In this document: positions 1 to 5,971 of the stretch, in pieces | How the letters are laid out: each line of letters starts with the position of its first letter | Numbering within the stretch: the first letter of the stretch is position 1 | Source of the DNA: Octopus sinensis | Lineage: Eukaryota | Length of the DNA stretch: 6,079 nt | Direction of reading: 5' to 3' | Assembly: GCF_006345805.1 (NCBI RefSeq) | Contig: NW_021829436.1 | Coordinates: 1-6,079, forward strand | Program-made: the position numbers and the translations under genes | The notes under the pieces: model-generated | Told to the model about the DNA's origin: nothing | What the model saw: only the letters and a program-made list of their open reading frames with translations | Databases searched by the model: none

Positions 1-40
1 ACTGACATACACAAACACGTATATGTATATACATACATAT
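1..40. repeat. Degenerate (TA/TACA/CA)n purine-pyrimidine tract
   Basis: acatacacaaacacgtatatgtatatacatacatat; may continue beyond the window edge. Confidence 0.5.
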
Positions 41-64
41 CCAAAAAAGGTATTTTTTGTTATT

Positions 65-185
65 TGTTTCAGCCAATGGATTGCGCTCAAGCTGGAGCAA
101 TGCCTCCAAGGGTTTTAGTCGAACGAATCACCACCAGTAATTAATTAATTAAAAAAAAAAATTCTGGTACTTATCATTTTATCGA
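65..185 (-). mobile_element. Diverged 3' tail fragment of SINE family A (relative of the 3251-3658 and 4786-5240 copies)
   Basis: tgtttcagccaatggattgcg..gctggagcaatgcc..ttttagtcgaacgaatc..ggtacttat aligns by eye to tgtttcagtcatttgactgggg..gctggagcaccgcc..ttttagtcgagcaaatc..agtacttat starting at 4797. Confidence 0.6.
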
Positions 186-187
186 GA

Positions 188-323
188 ACTTTTGCCTTTC
201 ATCCTTCGGGGTCGATAAATTAAGTACCAGTTACGCACTGGGGTCGATGTAATCGACTTAATCCCTTTGTCTGTCCTTGTTTTTCCCCTCTGTGTTTAGC
301 CCCTTGTGGGTAGTAAAGAAATA
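188..323 (+). mobile_element. tRNA-derived SINE family B, 5'-truncated copy
   Basis: Nearly identical to the 3' part of the 340-563 copy (gcctttcatcc..ggggtcgat..cccttgtgggtagtaaagaaataa); lacks the A/B-box head. Confidence 0.85.
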
Positions 324-339
324 AATATGTGGACCGGGA
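324..339 (+). repeat. Left copy of 16-bp target-site duplication (aatatgtggaccggga)
   Basis: Exact match to 766-781; the two copies flank the SINE pair at 340-765. Confidence 0.75.
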
Positions 340-563
340 GCTGGCAGAAACGTTAGCACGCCGGGCGAAATGCTTGGCAGTATTTCGTCTGTTTTTACGT
401 TTTGAGTTCAAATTCCACCGAGGTCGACTTTACCTTTCATCCTTTCGGGGTCGAAAATTTAAATACCAGTTGCGTACTGGGGTCGATATAATCGACTTAA
501 TCCCTTTGTCTGTCCTTGTTTGTCCCCTCTATGTTTAGCCCCTTGTGGGTAATAAAGAAATAA
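340..563 (+). mobile_element. tRNA-derived SINE family B, near full length
   Basis: A-box-like tggcagaaacgttag (from 342), B-box gagttcaaattcc (404-416), body shared with 188-323 and 564-700, A-rich end aataaagaaataa. Confidence 0.9.
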
Positions 564-765
564 GAAACGTTAGCACGCCGGGCGATATGCTTAGCAGTAT
601 TTCGTCTGTTTTTACGTTTTGAGTTCAAATTCCACCGAGGTCGACTTTGCCTTTCATCCTTTCGGGGTCGATAAATTAAATATCGGTTGTGTACTGGGGT
701 GGCTCTAATCGTCTGCCCCGCCCCTCTCGCCAAAAATTTCGGGCCTTGTGCCAAGAGCAGAGAAG
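564..765 (+). mobile_element. tRNA-derived SINE family B copy with a different 3' tail
   Basis: About 8 differences from the 347-480 segment over ~135 nt; B-box at 621-633; after ~697 the tail is different (ccccgcccctctcgccaaaaatttcgggccttgtgcc...). Confidence 0.85.
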
Positions 766-1500
766 AATATGTGGACCGGGAAAACTGACGGATTAGGGAT
801 TTCGCAGACGACTTGGTCATACTATGCTCCAGCAGAGATAAGCTGCAGGCCATGACTATCTATGCAGCTTGGTGGTGAAAACAGGGCTGCGGATAAACGC
901 TGGAAAGACCAAGATTATGTTCATTGGTGGAGATCAAGCACACATTTTCGGACAAGACGAAATCATGTACGTCGATAACTTTACATATCTTGGAAGCTGT
1001 ATTTCCGACTAGGATCGTGTAGAAGTTTAAGTCAAGACCAGACCAGGTAAAGCAACGTCAGTATTTCAACGTCCAGTAGGAAGATAAAGCTGCAGCTTTA
1101 TTTATGCACTTTTTAATCGTCAGTGCAAGCATAATCAAGACACATAAAAATGAACAACAAAGGTGTTTATTATGGTAGTTTTGACTTTAAGAGTCCCTCA
1201 TAGCGTGAGGCATTTATACTTGTGAAATCTGGACCAAGAGAGCGAAGACTTCTCAATTGTTGGACGACGCTACCTACGCCGCTCTGTCCTGGGTATCGCT
1301 TACCAGATGAGAGTGAGAAACCGAAGAGGTACTGAGAAGAACTGGCATGGAAAATTTGAAGGACGTGTTGACTAGGCTGCGAATACAGCTTAATGGCTAT
1401 GAGCTCCATGTATCGCAGATTAGACATTCTACCATCATGATGGGGTGGACGCCGAAAGGAGGAAAAGCACCGAGAGGAAAACCAAGGAAAACCAAGCTAA
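766..1500 (+). mobile_element. Decayed RTE-clade non-LTR retrotransposon, 3' part of ORF2 (RT and C-terminal region), with frameshifts and stops
   Basis: Hand translation: WTG..KLTD-DFADDLVIL (FADD 801-812), GLRINAGKTKIM (884-919), VDNFTYLGSCIS (YLGS 986-997), stops at 1010 and 1028, KIKLQLY (~1082-1102), CEIWT (1221-1235), EEVLRRTG (1323-1346), WTPKGGKAPRGKPRKT (1446-1493). Motif order is colinear with RTE ORF2. Interrupted at ~1107-1217. Confidence 0.9.
1107..1217 (-). repeat. Inverted copy of 1648-1754 (MITE left end plus 27 bp of flank)
   Basis: The reverse complement matches 1648-1754 apart from two small indel sites (111 vs 107 bp). Confidence 0.95.
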
Positions 1501-1502
1501 GA

Positions 1503-1630
<128 letters not shown>

Positions 1631-1678
1631 TAAGGACCTCACTATACATAAATGCCTCACGCTATGAGGGACTCTTAA

Positions 1679-1866
1679 AGTCAAAACTACCATAATAAAC
1701 ACTTTTTGTTCATTTTTATGTGTTGATTATGCTTGCACTGACGATTAAAAAGTGAATTTTGTGCACTAATTATGAAATCATATGATCTGCGGCTAAATCT
1801 GTTTTTAAAAGGCTCGCTTCGAGAGTTGCATTCGGTACAATGTGTTCATTATGGTAATTTTTGACT
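1679..1866. mobile_element. Non-autonomous DNA transposon (MITE) with TTAA TSD and AG...CT termini, Kolobok-like
   Basis: TIRs agtcaaaactaccataataaacac (1679-1702) and gtgttcattatggtaatttttgact (1842-1866), with 2 substitutions and 1 indel; TTAA at 1675-1678 and 1867-1870; no ORF. Confidence 0.75.
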
Positions 1867-1985
1867 TTAATATAAATAAATATATTTAAAGGGAATAATT
1901 AATAAAATTTTCCCTTATGAGGTTTTTCCTGCTGACTACTTGATAAATTCTTATAAAGATTTTATCCTATTTTAAAATTGTACAT

Positions 1986-2006
1986 ACACACACACACACA
2001 CGCACA

Positions 2007-2053
<47 letters not shown>
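1986..2053. repeat. (CA)n microsatellite
   Basis: Long CA run with minor interruptions. Confidence 0.98.
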
Positions 2054-2055
<2 letters not shown>

Positions 2056-2091
2056 GATAGATAGATCGATAGATAGATTGATAAATAGATA
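2056..2091. repeat. Imperfect (GATA)n microsatellite
   Basis: gatagatagatcgatagatagattgataaatagata. Confidence 0.85.
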
Positions 2092-2327
2092 TCTTTTCCG
2101 AATTTGTGTAAATGTGTATAGACTAACATATCAGTTGGTAAAAGTTAAAACATGGTCTGGTTTTCACGTTTTTTATTATAGTATTTTTAAAAAATATAAT
2201 TTTTTTAATAATTTTGAAGTGTTTTGAAAGTATTTTGTAATGTTCATAAAGTTCAGTTAGCGCTTTAATACGTTCGTAGTAATCATCAGATTTCAAAATG
2301 TATTTAACTGACAGCTGAGTTCTTGAC

Positions 2328-2482
2328 AACTGTAGTAAAATGACTGACTTCTTCCTTTTTATACCTCTTAGAAAGCTCCAATAAGCTGTATTTTTCGAAT
2401 ACGGTTTTGATCAATCCGCATGCAGTTTGCCGGGCGCACCGATATTACTTGCATAGATCCCGACTTTATTTTAGCCAATTAG
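2328..2482 (-). promoter_or_regulatory. Possible Pol II core promoter (TATA + Inr-like + CCAAT boxes)
   Basis: Minus-strand TATAAAAA 2363-2356; ACAGTT Inr-like motif with its A at 2331 (32 nt downstream); CCAAT at 2378-2382 and AGCCAATTAG at 2473-2482. Motif-only evidence. Confidence 0.25.
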
Positions 2483-2639
2483 CTTGCGATTTACATGTAA
2501 TGGTTTTATGAGTGCGCAAACTTAGTTGGTTTCGATCGTTGTTATTTCACTTGGTGAGAGTCTTCTGAAATTTGTTTATATTCATATGCTAAAGATATTT
2601 TTTAATCCACCTCATTAACTGGTTACTTGCACTTACTTG

Positions 2640-2984
2640 TACTTGTGGCGACATTCACCCTGGGCGTTTTGAGTCGGCTTCTTCCTTGGAAGAAGTTTCG
2701 TGGGAATATGTGGATTTCACAAGCGGTCTCCAACAATTCCGCATGTAGAGACATCCTGTTTGCCGCAGATTGTCCGCAGACGCAGGGACAGAACGACCGA
2801 GGAGCCGCCGGTTGCCGAAACAGACACTCCGTCTGCCGGGTTGTGGCCCTAATACCACTCGGTGTCAGACCACTCCGCCTTGGGTGGCCCTACCAGGAAC
2901 CGAAGTTTCCGACGGCATAGCCCTGACACTACCCGTTGCCAGCGTCCTCACCACGGTGAGGAGGGGATGGACTTTAGGGACGCT
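2640..2984 (-). mobile_element. Probable 5' end (structured UTR and start of ORF) of an RTE-type LINE, 3'-truncated
   Basis: GC- and CpG-rich island in AT-rich DNA with multiple stems. The minus strand ends in a frame reading RSRLKTPRVNVAT, resembling the start of the APE endonuclease (..VAT[W/F]NV). gctatgccgtcgg...ctggtagggccacccaaggcgga resembles RTE 5' UTRs as I recall them. Confidence 0.55.
2862..2984 (-). ncRNA. Candidate HDV-like/pseudoknotted self-cleaving RNA, non-canonical P3/L3
   Basis: P1 AGCGUCC/GGACGCU followed by GG-CAAC; long hairpin capped by C(UUCG)G; GGCGGA followed by GUGGUC, which pairs 5 of 6 with GUCCAU; alternative pseudoknot helix GUGUCAG/CUGACAC. Confidence 0.35.
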
Positions 2985-3149
2985 ATATAACTGGTTGTTA
3001 TATCATTGTTGCTATTTTCCTTCAGAACAGGTCTGAACATTTTAATAAACTGTTTTTCTTTTATCTTTCTTCCAACCTCACTTTGTCATGTACTTTGTGG
3101 AAAGGAAAAATTAGAAACATTTTCTGACCACATGTTTCTATATGTTCGC

Positions 3150-3186
3150 TCAATGGAATTTGGCAAACTTCGCCAAATTCCATTGA
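3150..3186. repeat. Perfect 15-bp inverted repeat with 7-nt spacer
   Basis: tcaatggaatttggc (3150-3164) / gccaaattccattga (3172-3186). Confidence 0.9.
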
Positions 3187-3250
3187 ACTTTATGAAAATT
3201 ACAAAATATTTTTTTAATGTTTAACACAATTCAAGAAAAAATACAGTATA

Positions 3251-3658
3251 GGCGCAGGAGTGGCTGTATGGTAAGTAGCTTGCTAACCAACCACATGGTT
3301 CCGGGTTCAGTCCCACTGCGTGGAACCTTGGGTAAGTGTCTTCTGCTATAGCCCCGGACCGACCAATGACTTGTGAGTGGATTTGGTAGACGGAAACTGA
3401 AAGAAGCCTGTCGTATATATGTATATGTATATGTATGTGTGTGTGTGTTTGTGTGTCTGTGTTTGTCCCCCTAGCATTGCTTGACAACCAATGCTGGTGT
3501 GTTTACGTCCCCGTCACTTAGCGGTTCGGCAAAAGAGACCGATAGAATAAGTACTGGGCTTACAAAGAATAAGTCCCGGGGTCTAGTTGCTCGACTAAAG
3601 GCGGTGCTCCAGCATGGCCGCAGTCAAATGACTGAAACAAGTAAAAGAGAGTAAAAAG
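3251..3658 (+). mobile_element. Full-length tRNA-derived SINE family A with internal (TA/TG)n tract
   Basis: A-box tggctgtatgg (3261-3271), B-box ggttcagtccc (3304-3314), tail gactgaaacaagtaaaagag, 12-bp TSD aaaaatacagta (3237-3248 and 3659-3670); second copy at 4786-5240. Confidence 0.92.
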
Positions 3659-3830
3659 AAAAATACAGTAATGGTGGAATATTCGTATAAAGACCTCAAT
3701 AAAATGCGAGAATAACAGATTACACATACTGATCTGGGACGAGGTAAAGCTTTTACGCCCAGTGGCGAAAACTAGTTCCTAGGGAGATGTTAACATAATG
3801 CTTAAGATACTACAAAAAAGCAACCGTAAA

Positions 3831-3869
3831 ATCTATGTTGAACTGACGAAACTTCTGCCGGTTCTTCAC
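3831..3869 (+). repeat. Old direct repeat, copy 1 (partner 4455-4492)
   Basis: atctatgttgaactgacgaaacttctgccggttcttcac vs atttatgttgaattaacgaaaattctgccggtcttcac: 4 substitutions and 1 indel; taacataa also recurs upstream of both (3791, 4419). Confidence 0.75.
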
Positions 3870-3914
3870 CCGGGACATAGGGAAGGCATTATGCAAGATA
3901 CAGGTTATCAGTTG

Positions 3915-4050
3915 TAATAAATCTCTGAACAAGGTATAGACAGTAACTGCACGACAATGTGAAGTATATTTGCCATCTAAATATGGCTAACCACTAAGGG
4001 TGGATATTACTGTAGCTTGTAGCCCCAGGAGAACATCTCCAGCTGGCTAT
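3915..4050 (+). repeat. 136-bp direct repeat, left copy
   Basis: 131 of 136 positions identical to 4265-4400, no indels. Confidence 0.97.
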
Positions 4051-4114
4051 AGGCATACTTTCTGTGGCCCATCGGTATTTGCAAAGGGAGGTCATCCTTC
4101 CCTCGTCAACCTAA

Positions 4115-4173
4115 GTGATACGCCTGGACTGCAGTTTCTGAGTATTGACCCGTCATCAGCGTACGACAATCAC
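4115..4173 (-). ncRNA. Minimal type I hammerhead ribozyme motif (possibly inactivated copy)
   Basis: Minus strand: GUGAUUGUCGUACG-CUGAUGA-C-GGGU-CAAU-ACUC-A-GAAAC-UGCA-GUC|CAGGCGUAUCAC. Conserved core CUGAUGA (4159-4153), GAAA (4138-4135), GUC triplet (4129-4127). Confidence 0.8.
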
Positions 4174-4264
4174 CGGTTTTCGATGGAAGGGTCCCAATGC
4201 AAATATTTATATCCTTTTTCCTGTGATTTTTCGTGACTGATCTTGAAAAAGTATATACAAGCAA

Positions 4265-4400
4265 TAATAAATCTCTGAACAAGGTATAGACATTAACTGC
4301 ACGACAATGTGAAGTATATTTGCAATCTCAATATGGCTAACCACTAAGGGTGGATGTCACTGTAGCTTGTAGCCCCAGGAGAACATCTCCAGCTGGCTAT
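4265..4400 (+). repeat. 136-bp direct repeat, right copy
   Basis: 131 of 136 positions identical to 3915-4050. Confidence 0.97.
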
Positions 4401-4454
4401 CAGTTGCTTATGAGAAAATAACATAACGTTAAAAATACTGAGAGAAACAAAAAG

Positions 4455-4492
4455 ATTTATGTTGAATTAACGAAAATTCTGCCGGTCTTCAC
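4455..4492 (+). repeat. Old direct repeat, copy 2 (partner 3831-3869)
   Basis: See 3831-3869. Confidence 0.75.
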
Positions 4493-4785
4493 TTGACTAT
4501 AGTTTTAGATTTATGACTGTAATTAACGGAGCACTTGAATACGAAACTGCCTCAGCGCTAATCTTAAAAAGCTGGGCTTCAAACAATCAGAAACAAAATG
4601 CTTAATTAGGAGATTACAGCTGCAAGTTACTAACTGCACTTTGAAACTATGTAAAGCATTTCAGAAGTTTAGCATTGGATAAGTGCATATATCCACGCGT
4701 AACACATGTAGACATAGAAACGTGTGCATGCCGTTCACACACATAAATCATAACAGGCTGCAATGACATTTGTGCTTGCATACAT

Positions 4786-4997
4786 ACTCTTTTACTTGTT
4801 TCAGTCATTTGACTGGGGCCATGCTGGAGCACCGCCTTTTAGTCGAGCAAATCGACCCCAGGACTTATTCTTTGTAAGCCCAGTACTTATTCTATCGGTC
4901 TCTTTTGCCAAACCGCTAAGTTACGGCGACGTAAACACACCAGTATCGGTTGTCAAGCGATGTTGGGGGGGGGGGGGACAAACACAGACACACAAAC

Positions 4998-5032
<35 letters not shown>

Positions 5033-5240
5033 CACACACGCAAACACATACACAGACACACACATACATATATATACGACGGGCTTCTTTTCAGTTTCCG
5101 CCTACCGAACCCACTCACAAGGCTTTGGTCGGTTCGAGGCTATAGTAGAAGACACTTGTCCAAGGTGCCACGCAGTGGGACTGAACCCGGGACCATGTGG
5201 TTCGTAAGCAAACTACTTACCACACAGCCACTCCTGCGCC
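4786..5240 (-). mobile_element. Full-length tRNA-derived SINE family A with expanded internal (TG)n and poly-C
   Basis: The reverse complement starts ggcgcaggagtggctgtgtgg...ggttcagtccc and ends gactgaaacaagtaaaagagt; roughly 85-90% identical by eye to 3251-3658 outside the microsatellite. Confidence 0.92.
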
Positions 5241-5322
5241 TATGTATACACATGCACACGTATACTTACATTTATGCACGCATGCTTATATGCATACCTA
5301 TGTACTTGTGTGCATGCATACT
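5241..5322. repeat. Degenerate alternating purine-pyrimidine tract (similar tract at ~4683-4785 on the other side of the SINE)
   Basis: tatgtatacacatgcacacgtatac...gtgtgcatgcatac. Confidence 0.55.
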
Positions 5323-5454
5323 AGATTGCCGCGTTATAGTTTTAGAGAAAGATCCTATAAGAGAGCCTCGCTTCTGAACTAGAAACTGGCCCTTTCCACA
5401 TTGGCGAGAAATTCACATAATAAAGCTAAAAAACCAGACGTACCTACATACATT

Positions 5455-5971
5455 CATGGTGGCTGCCCCCTCGTTATCAAGTATGGTCATTGCAAGAAGA
5501 TTTTTTTTTAAAGTGAGGAAAGGCTGTGCACTGAGTCAATCCCACTCACTAAGCAACAGCAGCCATAATCCGAAAAGAAGAACAAGTCAACATCATCGGT
5601 AACCACTGAGCCGCAGGTTTTATGTCGGAGTTATCCCAGTTACCTGAGTTACCTTCTCCTAGAAGGATGCCCTAACAAAGGCTAGGAGTCCTTCACTCCC
5701 AATGGTTTAACCGCGCGATCGGGTATTCAGTCCGATTATTTCTATGTCTCCGCGCATGATACAGCCTTAAGACATTTATTGGATGGCCGTTGACTCTCAA
5801 GAGTTCCTCCGCCCTTTGACGGATTTTGTTTTTCAACCTGCAGGGTGACCAATAAACACCCTCCTCACCAAGCAAGCTTGGTGGGGTTGCCGGTTTAGTC
5901 GCCGACGACCCGACCATGCAACAGGTTGTACTGGGTTACATGCTACCAGTAGCACTCAAAAGTGACCTGAC
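5455..5971. mobile_element. Unidentified interspersed repeat, possibly a non-LTR retroelement UTR-derived non-autonomous element; hairpin-rich
   Basis: CpG-rich unit bounded on both sides by tacatac-type repeats, with many short stems. Minus-strand ctagcc..ggca..ctaggagaaggtaactc resembles RTE-associated UTR sequence from memory. Orientation is uncertain. Confidence 0.35.

Larger units (their letters stand above)
3915..4400 (-). mobile_element. Hammerhead-containing non-autonomous retroelement (Penelope-like pLTR/retrozyme type), 1.4 copies of a 350-bp unit
   Basis: 136-bp direct repeats at both ends, 214-bp interior containing a hammerhead motif on the minus strand, flanked by duplicated cagttg (3909-3914 and 4401-4406; tatcagttg if 3 shared nt are counted). 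No TG..CA ends, PBS or PPT. Confidence 0.72.

Noticed and set aside
220-853. Short ORFs in the SINE cluster
   Set aside because: Translations of non-coding SINE copies; the duplicated peptide text simply reflects the repeats.
2265-2289. CUGAUGA on the minus strand (also CUGACGA at 1738 and 3843 on the plus strand) as further hammerheads
   Set aside because: No stem II and no correctly placed GAAA/NUH.
2123-2329. 68-aa minus-strand ORF
   Set aside because: Non-ATG start, AT-biased K/I/F composition, and no recognisable motif.
2843-2858. Pistol-ribozyme-like GUGG-UAUUAGGG-CCAC hairpin
   Set aside because: The CCCUAA partner lies upstream instead of downstream, and the following A-rich linker and P2/P3 are missing.
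3007-3035. Splice acceptor ttttccttcag with a 5-nt micro-exon
   Set aside because: Weak donor (gtctga) and no supporting exon context.
3251-3325. SINE heads as functional tRNA genes; tandem repeats as CRISPR arrays
   Set aside because: The heads have A/B boxes but no complete cloverleaf and continue into SINE bodies. There is no regular repeat-spacer periodicity, and the context is eukaryotic.
4175-4250. Remnant of a Penelope GIY-YIG C-terminus upstream of the hammerhead (minus strand, ..WDPSIENR*)
   Set aside because: Only vague resemblance; not distinguishable from chance by eye.
3915-4400. TRIM or LTR retrotransposon interpretation of the direct repeats
   Set aside because: No TG...CA termini, primer-binding site or polypurine tract in either orientation.
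4763-5382. 204-aa ORF and overlapping THTH/VCVC ORFs
   Set aside because: They run through a SINE and its (CA)n tract; low-complexity translations with no recognisable domain.
5859-5900. Twister ribozyme on the minus strand (UAA-ACC-GGC...CCAAGC...GGU-GAGG)
   Set aside because: P2 and T2-like pieces fit, but P1 and P4 cannot be paired.
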